DNA of 45,930 bases from Kiritimatiellia bacterium. Its GTDB lineage: Bacteria > Verrucomicrobiota > Kiritimatiellia > RFP12 > UBA1067. A program made the translations under genes and the position numbers. The notes beneath the pieces are model-generated. The model made no database searches and had not been told where the DNA came from. It saw nothing but the letters and a program-made list of their open reading frames with translations. Below, piece after piece: positions 1-10,775 of this stretch; position 1 is the stretch's first letter, and each line of letters opens with the position of its first letter. The stretch covers positions 1-45,930 of the forward strand of contig CAAFYT010000069.1 in the NCBI GenBank assembly GCA_900767325.1, written 5' to 3'.

Positions 1-275
1 AGAGCCCTACGGATCGGAGTTTCTAACCTTCCAGCAGTAGTATTAACTCCGATGGTTGGCAAAGGGGCTTCACTAACGTTCCGCCTAAGCTTCGCACCTT
101 TTCAACCGCTTTATTTTGCCTTCAGCATATTTTGGGGTGCGCACCACCTCCAATCCTGTTAATCTTGTTAATCCTGTCCAAATCCCACCTCCACCTCAAC
201 CTCCACCTCCAACTTCTCCCTCTCCCTACTTTTTCACCTTACCTTTTACCTTTTTACTTTCCCCAAACTTTCCCC

Positions 276-305
276 TTGACGAAGCGACATTAATTTTGAT
301 ATTAT
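276..305 (+). promoter_or_regulatory. Candidate sigma70-type promoter of the giant surface-protein gene (TTGACG, 18-nt spacer, TGaTATTAT)
   Basis: TTGACG at 276-281 and a TG-extended TATTAT at 297-305. It lies about 200 nt upstream of ATG 512 and immediately after a G-free tract. Confidence 0.4.
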
Positions 306-511
306 GTTCCCATAATTGACGAAGGTGTGTCTTGCGCCTTCCGAGATTAATGTATGACGATACTGAAAACATTGGCTAAAAACGCATTTGGGGTTGCGCG
401 GGGCGAAGTCCCGCGTGTCCTTCGCGTTGCGGTCTGTGGTCGCGGTAGAGTTTTAATTGAAAGTTAAACTGATAAGTAATGAACCACAAAACAAACAAAG
501 GAGAAAAAGCA

Positions 512-3500
512 ATGAGTAAACTCAAGTCACTGATTGTCGCGACGCTCGCGTTTGCGGCATCGTTCGTCACGGGCTCCGCGCTCGCGGCCACCCCAGTTGC
601 CGTGTGGAGCGGGAATTTTGCGGGGGCTGAAACTGGCGTTGCCAGCGGTAAGTACACCTTGAAGGCGAACGGTAATACCGTGGCCGACGATGGTAGCGCG
701 ATTACGATTTCGTCGAACGTAGGCGTGCTCGTGGATTGGACGGATCGCTCCGATTTTTCGACTGCTGGCAACATTACGGTGATTGTCAAGTACAGCGATT
801 ACACGGTTGGTGCGAATAACGGTGCGGCGGCGACGTTGTGGGCGGGAAGTGCTACTGCTAACAAAGATATAGTCGGTCCGTTTACGACGGCCTCGACGGG
901 CATTCTCAACAACATCTGGAACGGCGCGGCTGATGGTCGCGGAACGAAAGAGAACAAGGTTTTACCGGCATCTGGCGTCTTCTCGTTCGATTATTCCGGC
1001 AACACCGCGCCCAAGGGTTCCACGACTTACATCGAGAACAACGGAACCTTTGAGGAAGCTTGCTCCGGAAATGGAACTCTCTACACCTCGACCAAGGATT
1101 TCTACGGCCTTGCGGTCGGTGGTTCGCGCAACGCGTACAACAACTTGAAGGCGCTGACGGGAATGAAGATTCTCGGCGTCGCCATTTTCAATGAGCGGCT
1201 CACAGTTGATGAAATTGCCGCCTATGAGTTCCCGGAACGCAAATACTGCGTCTATTCTCAGGGAACTGCGAGCGGTTGGGGCGGCAACTGCAATTATAAC
1301 AACAATTTGAATGCTATCAAGCTTCCCGAGACGGATGCGGCTCCAGCTGGAACCAAGGTTGAAGTGACGAAGCTTGAGATTGCGCAGTCACCAGGAGGTA
1401 ATACTGACGACAACCGTCCGACGCGCATCGCCATCACCGTCGATGGAAAGACTACGACCTCTGCCGATTTTGTCAGCGGCGGAACCATTCCTGCCAGCGG
1501 CGGCAACAATCCGGTTAAGCTTACCTACAATTTCCCCGAAGGGTGCGTGCTGACGGTTGGTACGCAGGCGACCATCAAGTGGCTTAAGGCGGATGGTTCG
1601 GAAATCACCTCTATTCGTTATGCGGCGAGCAACGATGCCACCGGACGCTTCCTTTTGGTCAATAATGGTAGTGCTAATTATTCGCCTATTGCCTTGCTTT
1701 ACGGATATGCGCTCAACATCCGCACCGGCAAGGTGATCAACTTCAACATCCAGAATACTGGTAGCGATGGTTCGGTTTCCGGTAAGGGTGCGCAGACGAC
1801 GCTGATCGGCTCAATGCCCGAGGCGAGCTGGAACAACAACGGTTCCACCAAGATGGGGACGATTTCCTCCGGCATTAAGATTTACAACACCAACGACGGG
1901 ACGACCGAGGATACGAACATGTCGGTTGGAGTCGGCAACTATTTGTCGGGCTGCGGCAATTATGCGTATTATGGCGATGGTGGAACGGGTACCACTGGCA
2001 ATCTTCCTAACGACTATTATTACCTGCACACGTTCCAGACCTATCGCAATTACGGCAACCCCGATTCTGGAATTGAAGCATCCAACATCAAGTTGACCGG
2101 CATTCCGTTCGAGAAGTACGATGTGATCGTTTACTTCAACGGTAGCTACAAGGACGGCTCAAACGAGAAGTTCCACAAGGTCAACATTACGTGCAACGGC
2201 GTGAGCCGCGATTACACCGTCGATGCGAATGGCGCGTTCATCGCCGGCACTGCCGATTGGGGCGCGACCCGTCAGGTCTCTTCGGCTTATGGCGTCAATG
2301 CGGCGGTCTTCACCGATGTGGCCACCGCCGATTTCGAACTCAAGTTGGCCGAAAAGTACGCCAATATCGCGGCGTTCCAGGTCGTCGAGCGGGTCATCCC
2401 TCGTGTAACGTCGAAGGCGACGATTAGCGAGGATACCAACTGGTCGGAGATTCAGTGGGATCCTGCGGTTGAAGATTTCTCCACGACCAAGCTTGAACTG
2501 ACGGTCGAGAACAACGCCAAGATCACGCTTGACGAGATTGTTACTTGCGTTGGCCTTGCCATCAACGGCGTTTCGACGTTTGATGTGGCGGAAGACCTTT
2601 ACGAGGATGGTTGCTGGGAGAAGCAATTCCTTAGCGCGAAGTCCTTTACGAGCACGGGCACGATTTCGTTTGGCGCGCTCAAGGAGGGCTTCTATGGTGC
2701 ATTCACCCAGACCGAAAAGGGTATTTCGCTTCGCGCCCAGAACAAGGAAGTAATCTCCATCAACATCGCCGGTGGTAGCGGCGGTGGCGCGGGCGGCGAT
2801 TCGCCCGCCGCAAACTTGGTGAGCGGCACTGGTTTCTATGGCATCGCGCCGACCGTTGGCGATAGCTGGAACAACATCAATCGTCAGTGGCAGAGCGGCG
2901 GCAATCAGACGATCACGATTGACGGCCCGAACGCATACGACGGCAAGGACGTAATTAAGCGCGAGACGATGTCGCTTTCGGCGACGGGTAAGAATACCTG
3001 GCAGGCGGGCTCGATCAGCAATCCGTTCCTGCGCGGCTATCTCGACGATGGTAGCGGCGTGACGGTCGAGGTGCACGGCGTTCCGTATACCGAGTACGAC
3101 GTAATCGTCTATGCGACTTCGGATAGCGCTAGCATTGCGCTTGCCCCGATTACGATTAATGGTAAGCAGTACACCTTCAAGAATGGTGCGACCACGGAAG
3201 GTAGCGATGTTTGGGGACAGGGCCTGTATGCGACGCCGGAGATCGGTAAGAACGCGCTTCGCGTTAACGGTTGCACGGGCGACACCATAACGATTAACGC
3301 GGTGCGTACGGGTGGTCGTGCGACGCTTTGCGGCGTGCAGGTCATCAACAAGGGCGAGGTCGTTCTTAAGGAGGACTTCTCGGCGACGATTACCGACAGC
3401 ATCAAGTTCAGCGATATTACTTGGGATGGCGGCAAGACGTTTAAGGAAGGTCAGCTCAACGAGGTTGTCATTACCGTTGGCGATGGCACCGACGAGGAAG

Positions 3501-6500
3501 TCAACCTTACCTTTGACAATCCTGACATGATGCTCGGTAAGATTACGGTCGTAAGCTCGCGTCCGATTCGCTTTACGGCGACCAAGGCGTTGCCGAACGT
3601 CGGTCAGTTCATTACTGATGGCTGCACGGGCGGAATTGTCTATGCCTGGCCGGTTTCGGCGCTTACGACTTCCGCAGAGGGCGTGACCTACGCTGGCGGT
3701 GCTGGTACGGTTGAAACTCCGGCGACGATGAACTTCGCGGTTGCAAATGGCTCGATGACCTTGAAGGATGCGACTTATTATCTCGGCACGAGCTATTCGG
3801 GCGTGCAGTCGACCGTCAATATGATTGATGCAACGATCTTCGCTAACGGCGATATGGGCTTTGGCGTCGGTCAGGCCAATTTCAACCTCTCGGGCACGAC
3901 CAAGCTCACTTCCGAGAAGGTTGTTCTCTCGCAAGGTGGCGGTGGTCGCACCGCGAATCTGACCCTGAGCGATTCGGCGGAAGTCATCGTCACGGGTTCG
4001 TCGATTGTCGACTCCAACCAGTCCTCGATTATGTTCGGTCACTACGCCGGACCTTCAACCTTCACGATTGAGGATTCAGCGAAGTTCACCGCCGAGGACG
4101 CGCAGGTGCTCGTCGGCAAGACAGGTGGCGATCAGACGATCAACATCAATGGCGGCGTCTTCACGGCGAAGGGCATCAAGGCCTCGGCTGGTGCGACTGG
4201 CACGAATGCGCTTAACCTGAATGACGGCGAGTTGAAGCTCGGCGAGTATGGTATTACTACCTACAATGCCGCGCGTACGATTTCGGTAACCGTCGATGGC
4301 AATGCGAAGATTACCTCGACGGCGGCGATGCCGATTACGCAGGCGCTTACGATCAACGCCGATAAGACGCTGACGCTTGACGCGACGGCGGGCGACATCG
4401 TTATTTCGGGCACGGTTGTCAACAACGGCACGATCAAGGTCGTTGGCGGCAACGTCATCTTCATGCCTGGCACGGCCAACGGTACGATCGTCGAAGAGGG
4501 CGGTAAGGCGCTTTACGGCTATATCGTCTCCATCAACGATTGCGGCAAGTTCACGATTCCGGAAGGCAAGACCGCGGAGAATATCCGCCTCTTTGATGGC
4601 GCTGGTAACGTGATTCCGTTCACCGACAACAAGGATGGCACCGTCTCCTATGAGTGGAAGATCACCGGTGGCGCTTGCTGGTGGGATTACGAGTTCAATG
4701 GCAATGGCGATAATGACGGCACCGATGGCAGGGCACTCAGCTGGGATAACGATCGTCCGTTTAAGGGTGATGAATATGTAGACGGCGAGAAGGTGCACGT
4801 TCCTACGCGTCCTTGGCGTGACGTTAGTAGCTGGCCGACTACCGCGACGTTTGTGATGTATGGTACGATGCCAAGCGATGACAATAGGTATTATGTTGTG
4901 TTCGGTTCGACGACGCATGGCTTGTGCAATGCGATATTCCTTGCGACTGACAAAGTTAGCGAAGACAAGGTCGTGCTTTGCAAGGCCTACGGACGGAGCG
5001 GGACTGAGGAAGATTTGACTAAACTTTGCACGATGACCGTGCCGAATGCGCAAACCGCCGACCACCTTTATGCGTTTGTGCTCAAGAACACCGACACGCA
5101 GACTATCATCGACATCTATCTCGACGGTGAACTCCTGCAGTCCTATCCGTTTGGCGAGATCATCAATCTCGGTACCGGATTCCAGATTGCGTCTCCACAC
5201 GGCGGTCCAGTAGTTGGCTATGAACGTCCGGACGATGCTGATGAGGCACTGCTTGATTGGCTCCGCGTGTACGATGTCGAGCTAACGAAGGAGGTTCTCG
5301 AGAGGTACGCGGTTCTCTATCCGTATGTCTCGCCGAATGGCTCGTATCAGCGCACGGTGACGGAAGATGCTGATTGGTCGGCGACTGACGCGTGGACCAA
5401 GGAAGGCACCGAGCCGGCCGAGACGGCGGATGAGCCGGCGGCGGGCGCGACGGTCAAGCTTGCGATCGATAACGATGACGCGACGACGACCATCGCTATC
5501 AACCTCGCGGACGATGTGATCTACGAGGCCATTCAGATCAATGGCGACGATGTCGAGTTCGTGCTCGCCGAGGGCGAGGAGTTCGGCGGTATCGCCAAGT
5601 CGACTGGCCGCGTTACGGCGAATGCGAACATCACCTTCGCGTATAATGCGTTCTCGATGGCGGGTGCGCCGCTCACGGTCAAGCAGGGTATGACCGTAAC
5701 CTTCGATCTCTCGATGGTCGATATGACCAAGTTCTTCTCGACCCAGACGTATGACCTCACGGGCTACCTCACGCTTGAGGATGGCGCGGAAGTTACCTTC
5801 ATCGTTCCGGAAGAGCTTCACGGCCGCACGGCTGAGGCGACGATTGATCCGGTTACCAAGCACTATGTGCTGACCGTCACGGCGCCGAACTATCCGTTCG
5901 TCTATGAAGATGGAGTGTGGACTTGGGGTACGCAGGTAATTGACGAGGAAACCATCAACGCGCATCCGGAAGTTCTCCGTTCGATCAAGAGCGATCTTGA
6001 AATGGCGCTTGGCACGAGCGATTACTCGGTCGAGAACGGCGCGACCTTGACGCAGACCGATGCGAGCGCGACGGGCACGATCACGATCAACGAGGGCGGC
6101 ACCTTTGATGTTAACGGTGTAATTGATACGGCGCTCAAGATCGTCCTGAACGGCGGTTCGCTCATTAACGATGGTAGCGACATCGACGCGGGCAAGAAGC
6201 AGTATGTTTCCATTACCCAGACGGCCGCCTCGACCATCGGCGGTTCGGGTGAATTCGGCTACGTCCTCAGCGGTTATGGCGAGAACACGCTCGATCTCGG
6301 CGGCGCGACGCTGACCAAGATGGATGACAACACCTTCTCGCTCTGCAACGCGACGGTTCAGAACGGCACGTTGAAGGTAGCGGATGGTGTGCTTGCGATT
6401 GCCAACAAAGCGGTGACGATTGCGGATACCGCCACTATCGAAGGCGTGGAAGGCGCGGTTCTGAGCGTTGGATCTTCCATCAGCGACTTCACGCTCACGG

Positions 6501-9500
6501 GCGCGATTACGCTCGCGGGTGCGGGCACGTTCGGCACGATTACGCTCGACGATGCGGCGCTTGATATTGACACGGTTCGCGGCTTGACGGTTGCGGGCGA
6601 GGGCTCGATCAAGGCGACGATCACGGCGGACGAAATGGCTGGTGGCTCGGTCGTCGTCTTCACGAAGGCGGAAGACGCTACGATCAGCTCGGTCACGCTC
6701 TATGATGAGGCCGGCGAGGTGCTTTCTGGCTACACCGCCGACTACGACGAAGACGGCAACTACATCGCCAACTTCTCGGTCACCTTCACGGTTGCGTCGA
6801 TTGATGGCGCGACGGCGGCGTTTGACGAGGGCTACGTGATTGGCGAGGATGATTCGGTCACCGTTCCGTATGGTGCAACCGCGACGCTCGTCTATACGGC
6901 CAATGAGGGCAAGCTCTTCAACGATGGCAAGACCACCGTGACTGTCCTGATCGAAAACATCACCGATGCGGCCACGGCCGAGCTCACGATCGCTGCGGCA
7001 ATCGCAGATAAGTCCACGGTTGATGCAGAGGCGAAGATTGGCTCGACGCTCTATCTCACGCTCGCGGATGCGTTCGCGGTGGATGGTCAGAAGTACATCG
7101 TGCTCTTGAAGGATGTCGAGCTTACCGACTGGATCGTCGTTGATTCGGTGGCGGCGCTTGAACTTAACGGATTCACCATCAGCCAAAGCGCGTCTTGGGC
7201 GCCGGCCGAGACGTCGCACGATCACCTCTTCTGTGTCACTTACGGTGGTACGTTCAGTGTGCTGAACGCATACGAAGAGGGCGGTACGATTGATGCGACT
7301 GGCAATGGCGATCTCTATGGCGCGATCAAGATGACCAAGAAGGGTGACGTCCGTCAGGGCGAAGAACTCGCGTCGCTAACGGTCTTCAGCGGTACGATTA
7401 TCGGTAACACTGCGGCGATTAGTGGCAATGGTACTCGCCACGGCACGTCGGTTACAATTGGCGATGATTACGGTTCTACGCTGATTAAGGCGGTTGTCGC
7501 GAACGACAGCGTCGGTATCTTCAATCCGCAGGACGGCACGGTTACCATTACTGGCGGTACGATTGAAGGCGCGATGGGCATCATCATCAAGAGCGGCTCG
7601 CTCCTGATGACCGGCGGTAAGGTCGTCGCGAATGGTGAATACGCTGAGTGGGTGAAGTCCAACAACGGCTTCAATAACACTGGTGACGCCATTGAGATTG
7701 ATAACATCGGTTATCCAGGCGAGGTTGCAGAGGTTCTCATTGGTGGCGATGTGATTGTTGAGTCTGCGAATGGCGCGGCGGTTGCCTCGCGTGCGGACGG
7801 TGCCTACACCCCGATTACCGGCTTCATCGCTGGTGGTAAGTTCAAGGGTGCGATCGATACCGATACTTCGCTCATCAAGACGACTGAAACTGGCATTGGT
7901 AAGTGGGTGACTGACGAGGACGGCTACAAGGTTCCGGCGGAAGATCCTGCGATGGCCAAGATCGGCACCAAGCTCTACTTGACGCTCGCCGAGGCAGTCA
8001 CTGCGGCGACGGATAACGATGAAGTTACGCTTCTCGCAAGCTGCGCGGGCGACGGCATCAAGATCGACAAGTCGATTACGATTGACTTCGGTGGCTTCAC
8101 CTATACGGTCGACGCCAGTCTCGTTGGTTCGCCGAGCACGCAGTCGCAGGCGTTCAACCTCGTGAGGGGCAACACCATCACCTTGAAGAACGGTACGATT
8201 ACCTCGACGGTTGCGCGTATGCTCGTTCAGAACTACGCGAGCTTGACGCTCGAAGATATGACCCTCGATGGCACGAACCTCGCGGCCAAGGACGGCAAGG
8301 GCAAAGACTACGTTGCCGATACGCTCTCGAACTGCGCTGGCGATACCGTGATTACGGGTGACTCCGTCATCAAGGCGCGCGTCCTCGACGGACAGAAGAG
8401 CTTCGCGTTCGACACCTACTATCAGGCGGGTAAGTACGAGGATGCGACAGTCACGGTCGATGGCGCGACAATCAACGGCAATGTTGAGCTCGCGGGTGGT
8501 AGCTTGACGCTTACGGCTGGCACGCTCAACGGCGAGCTCGTCGAAGGCGCTAACATCGAGAAGGGCGTTGTTACCAAGGACGACGCTTTCGAGGCCGCGG
8601 CTCCGGCTGGCTACGAGTGGAAGGATGGCGTGCTTACCGCGATCTATCCGGCGGCGAAGGTTGAGCCGACGACGGTCGATGGCTTTGACTACGCGTTCAT
8701 CTACACGGCGTTGAATGATGCGCCGAAATACGACGATGCGGTTGCGTCCTTCGTCATTACGCCCACGACGGCGGTTCCGGCTGACACCATCAAGGTCGGC
8801 GGCAAGTTCGCAACGATGGGTTGGAACATCTTCAACCTCCCGGCGATTGGCGCGGGCGAGAGCTACACGATTACCGAAGCGACTTGGGCGGAGGTTAAGG
8901 ATATCTCGCCGTTCACTTGCGGCGCGGCTTCCATCGCGCTTGAGAAGGATACGGAAGTTACCCTTACCCTCAAGCTTGGCGACGATGTGATCGACACGCA
9001 GACGGTTACGCTCAAGGCGGCGAAGGTTCTCCCGACTGCGATTGTTGCGGAAGCCGAGGTTACGGGTCTCGACAAGGCGGCGACCTTCACGCTCGACAAC
9101 AAGGGCATCAGCTACGATGACTGGAACGCTGACTTCATGATCACGCTCGACAAGGATGTCGAGGCGGGTCAAATCACGCTCGGCGGTGACTATGGCGAGT
9201 ATGGTCTTGTCACGTTCCCGGCTCCGGCCTTCACGGCTGGCGAGGCCCAGGGCGTTATGGCGATGATCGGCAAGACGATCACCGTTGCCGAGCTCGACGA
9301 GTTCGTTCAGGAGTTCACCTGCGGTATCAAGAACAACACCTTCCCGACCGAGTTCGGCGTTTCGGTGCAGCTCGTGATCACCGATGGTGAGACGACGATC
9401 GACATCGGCGAGCCGTTCGAGGCGACGATCCCGGCGGCGAAGGTTCTCCCGGAGGCGTCGGTCACGCCCGTCACGGTCGAGGGTCTCGACAAGGCGGCGA

Positions 9501-10750
9501 TGTTCGGCCTCGTGGATAAGGGCGTTGGCTACGATGATTGGAACGCCGACTTCACGATCACGCTCGATCAGGATGTTGCGGCGGGTCAGATCTCGCTCGG
9601 CGGCGCCTATGGCCAGTATGGCCTCATCACGTTCCCGGCTCCAGAATTCAAGGCGGGTGTGCCGCAGAACGTCATGGCGCTCTACGGCGATAAGGTCACC
9701 GTTGCTGAGCTCGATGCCATCAAGCTCTTCGTCTGCGGCATCAAGAACAACACCTTCCCGACCGAGTTCGGTGTTTCGGTGCAGCTCGTCATCTACGATG
9801 GTGAGACGACGATCGACATCGGCGATGCGTTCGAGGCGACGATCCCGGCGGCGAAGGTTCTCCCGACGGCTTCGGTTGCGGCGACCACGCTCGAAGGTCT
9901 CGACACGGCGGCTACCTTCACGCTCGAGAGCAAGGGCATCAACTACGACGACTGGAACGCCGACTTCACGCTCACGCTCGACAAGGATGTCGAGGCGGGT
10001 CAGATCTCGCTTGGCGGAATCTATGGCGAGTATGGCCTCGTCAAGTTCCCGACTCCGGCTCTCACGGCGGGTCAGGCCTATGGCGTTATGGAGCTCTTCG
10101 GTCAGACGATTACCGTTGCCGAGCTTGCCGAGTACGTCAAGGAGTTCACCTGCGGCGTCAAGAACAACACGTTCCTTGAGAACCTCGGCGTCACGGTGCA
10201 GCTCGTGATCACCGATGGTGAGACGACGATCAAAATCGGCGATGCGTTCGAGGCGACGGTTGAAGCGGTTGAGCCGTTCGATCCGGAAGTTCCTCAGACC
10301 TACAATACGCCGGAAGCGGCGCAGGAGGCGGCTGATACGATCAACGACAACAAGCTCACCATGATCAACATCCCGACCGTTGTGACCGACAAGCAGGCCT
10401 ATGTTGACCTCTTCGAGGCGGTCGCCGAGGGAACGACGGTTACGGTGCAGCTCACGGAAGATGCCAAGGGCGAAATCGCGGAAGAGCTCAAGAATGCCGA
10501 TGCGGCGGCGACGATTCTCACGCCGGACGAGGACGGCAAGGCGACCATCATCGCGAAGCCGGGTCTCTGGTACGGCATCAAGGCCGAGGGCTCGCTCTAC
10601 GATATGCCGACTGCCGAGGGTCAGAACTGGGAGCAGGCCACCGATGACACCGTCGCGGTCAAGGTTCCGGTTGTCACCGATTCTGAAGGCAACAAGGCCA
10701 AGGCCGCGTTCTTCCAGGCGACTTGCTCGGCGAAGGCGCCGACCAAGTAA
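512..10750 (+). CDS. Giant secreted/cell-surface protein (3412 aa), adhesin-like with ConA/LamG-like and beta-helix-like modules
   Basis: Uninterrupted ORF that opens at 479. AAGGAG lies 7 nt upstream of ATG 512. Signal peptide MSKLKSLIVATLAFAASFVTGSALA. Two LamG-like domain ends (GVAIFNERLTVDEIAAYEF; LDWLRVYDVELTKEVLERY). Duplicated YDVIVY modules and AKIGxxLYLTLAxA caps, plus three C-terminal tandem repeats. Confidence 0.9.
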   Translation: MSKLKSLIVATLAFAASFVTGSALAATPVAVWSGNFAGAETGVASGKYTLKANGNTVADDGSAITISSNVGVLVDWTDRSDFSTAGNITVIVKYSDYTVGANNGAAATLWAGSATANKDIVGPFTTASTGILNNIWNGAADGRGTKENKVLPASGVFSFDYSGNTAPKGSTTYIENNGTFEEACSGNGTLYTSTKDFYGLAVGGSRNAYNNLKALTGMKILGVAIFNERLTVDEIAAYEFPERKYCVYSQGTASGWGGNCNYNNNLNAIKLPETDAAPAGTKVEVTKLEIAQSPGGNTDDNRPTRIAITVDGKTTTSADFVSGGTIPASGGNNPVKLTYNFPEGCVLTVGTQATIKWLKADGSEITSIRYAASNDATGRFLLVNNGSANYSPIALLYGYALNIRTGKVINFNIQNTGSDGSVSGKGAQTTLIGSMPEASWNNNGSTKMGTISSGIKIYNTNDGTTEDTNMSVGVGNYLSGCGNYAYYGDGGTGTTGNLPNDYYYLHTFQTYRNYGNPDSGIEASNIKLTGIPFEKYDVIVYFNGSYKDGSNEKFHKVNITCNGVSRDYTVDANGAFIAGTADWGATRQVSSAYGVNAAVFTDVATADFELKLAEKYANIAAFQVVERVIPRVTSKATISEDTNWSEIQWDPAVEDFSTTKLELTVENNAKITLDEIVTCVGLAINGVSTFDVAEDLYEDGCWEKQFLSAKSFTSTGTISFGALKEGFYGAFTQTEKGISLRAQNKEVISINIAGGSGGGAGGDSPAANLVSGTGFYGIAPTVGDSWNNINRQWQSGGNQTITIDGPNAYDGKDVIKRETMSLSATGKNTWQAGSISNPFLRGYLDDGSGVTVEVHGVPYTEYDVIVYATSDSASIALAPITINGKQYTFKNGATTEGSDVWGQGLYATPEIGKNALRVNGCTGDTITINAVRTGGRATLCGVQVINKGEVVLKEDFSATITDSIKFSDITWDGGKTFKEGQLNEVVITVGDGTDEEVNLTFDNPDMMLGKITVVSSRPIRFTATKALPNVGQFITDGCTGGIVYAWPVSALTTSAEGVTYAGGAGTVETPATMNFAVANGSMTLKDATYYLGTSYSGVQSTVNMIDATIFANGDMGFGVGQANFNLSGTTKLTSEKVVLSQGGGGRTANLTLSDSAEVIVTGSSIVDSNQSSIMFGHYAGPSTFTIEDSAKFTAEDAQVLVGKTGGDQTININGGVFTAKGIKASAGATGTNALNLNDGELKLGEYGITTYNAARTISVTVDGNAKITSTAAMPITQALTINADKTLTLDATAGDIVISGTVVNNGTIKVVGGNVIFMPGTANGTIVEEGGKALYGYIVSINDCGKFTIPEGKTAENIRLFDGAGNVIPFTDNKDGTVSYEWKITGGACWWDYEFNGNGDNDGTDGRALSWDNDRPFKGDEYVDGEKVHVPTRPWRDVSSWPTTATFVMYGTMPSDDNRYYVVFGSTTHGLCNAIFLATDKVSEDKVVLCKAYGRSGTEEDLTKLCTMTVPNAQTADHLYAFVLKNTDTQTIIDIYLDGELLQSYPFGEIINLGTGFQIASPHGGPVVGYERPDDADEALLDWLRVYDVELTKEVLERYAVLYPYVSPNGSYQRTVTEDADWSATDAWTKEGTEPAETADEPAAGATVKLAIDNDDATTTIAINLADDVIYEAIQINGDDVEFVLAEGEEFGGIAKSTGRVTANANITFAYNAFSMAGAPLTVKQGMTVTFDLSMVDMTKFFSTQTYDLTGYLTLEDGAEVTFIVPEELHGRTAEATIDPVTKHYVLTVTAPNYPFVYEDGVWTWGTQVIDEETINAHPEVLRSIKSDLEMALGTSDYSVENGATLTQTDASATGTITINEGGTFDVNGVIDTALKIVLNGGSLINDGSDIDAGKKQYVSITQTAASTIGGSGEFGYVLSGYGENTLDLGGATLTKMDDNTFSLCNATVQNGTLKVADGVLAIANKAVTIADTATIEGVEGAVLSVGSSISDFTLTGAITLAGAGTFGTITLDDAALDIDTVRGLTVAGEGSIKATITADEMAGGSVVVFTKAEDATISSVTLYDEAGEVLSGYTADYDEDGNYIANFSVTFTVASIDGATAAFDEGYVIGEDDSVTVPYGATATLVYTANEGKLFNDGKTTVTVLIENITDAATAELTIAAAIADKSTVDAEAKIGSTLYLTLADAFAVDGQKYIVLLKDVELTDWIVVDSVAALELNGFTISQSASWAPAETSHDHLFCVTYGGTFSVLNAYEEGGTIDATGNGDLYGAIKMTKKGDVRQGEELASLTVFSGTIIGNTAAISGNGTRHGTSVTIGDDYGSTLIKAVVANDSVGIFNPQDGTVTITGGTIEGAMGIIIKSGSLLMTGGKVVANGEYAEWVKSNNGFNNTGDAIEIDNIGYPGEVAEVLIGGDVIVESANGAAVASRADGAYTPITGFIAGGKFKGAIDTDTSLIKTTETGIGKWVTDEDGYKVPAEDPAMAKIGTKLYLTLAEAVTAATDNDEVTLLASCAGDGIKIDKSITIDFGGFTYTVDASLVGSPSTQSQAFNLVRGNTITLKNGTITSTVARMLVQNYASLTLEDMTLDGTNLAAKDGKGKDYVADTLSNCAGDTVITGDSVIKARVLDGQKSFAFDTYYQAGKYEDATVTVDGATINGNVELAGGSLTLTAGTLNGELVEGANIEKGVVTKDDAFEAAAPAGYEWKDGVLTAIYPAAKVEPTTVDGFDYAFIYTALNDAPKYDDAVASFVITPTTAVPADTIKVGGKFATMGWNIFNLPAIGAGESYTITEATWAEVKDISPFTCGAASIALEKDTEVTLTLKLGDDVIDTQTVTLKAAKVLPTAIVAEAEVTGLDKAATFTLDNKGISYDDWNADFMITLDKDVEAGQITLGGDYGEYGLVTFPAPAFTAGEAQGVMAMIGKTITVAELDEFVQEFTCGIKNNTFPTEFGVSVQLVITDGETTIDIGEPFEATIPAAKVLPEASVTPVTVEGLDKAAMFGLVDKGVGYDDWNADFTITLDQDVAAGQISLGGAYGQYGLITFPAPEFKAGVPQNVMALYGDKVTVAELDAIKLFVCGIKNNTFPTEFGVSVQLVIYDGETTIDIGDAFEATIPAAKVLPTASVAATTLEGLDTAATFTLESKGINYDDWNADFTLTLDKDVEAGQISLGGIYGEYGLVKFPTPALTAGQAYGVMELFGQTITVAELAEYVKEFTCGVKNNTFLENLGVTVQLVITDGETTIKIGDAFEATVEAVEPFDPEVPQTYNTPEAAQEAADTINDNKLTMINIPTVVTDKQAYVDLFEAVAEGTTVTVQLTEDAKGEIAEELKNADAAATILTPDEDGKATIIAKPGLWYGIKAEGSLYDMPTAEGQNWEQATDDTVAVKVPVVTDSEGNKAKAAFFQATCSAKAPTK
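9017..10261 (+). repeat. Three in-frame tandem repeats of 138-139 aa (417/414/414 nt) inside the giant gene
   Basis: Each unit starts GCGGCGAAGGTTCTCCC (AAKVLP...) at 9017, 9434 and 9848. Each contains DDWNADF...GQI(T/S)LGG.YG.YGL..FP...FTCG(I/V)KNNTF...VQLVI.DGETTI.IG. A degenerate fourth copy precedes them at about 8650-9016. Confidence 0.9.
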
Positions 10751-10775
10751 GCCAATCGGCTTAAAGCCAAAGCAC

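Noticed and set aside
1-115. An inverted repeat ATCGGAGTT...AACTCCGAT (13-21 / 45-53) and the possible end of an RNA or upstream gene at the window start.
   Set aside because: It lacks a tRNA, tmRNA or terminator-like architecture that I can verify, and it is truncated by the window edge.
116-319. A 67-aa Pro-rich ORF (PPPPQPPPPTSPSPYFF...).
   Set aside because: It is simply the translation of the G-free CT-rich tract. It has no RBS and overlaps the predicted promoter.
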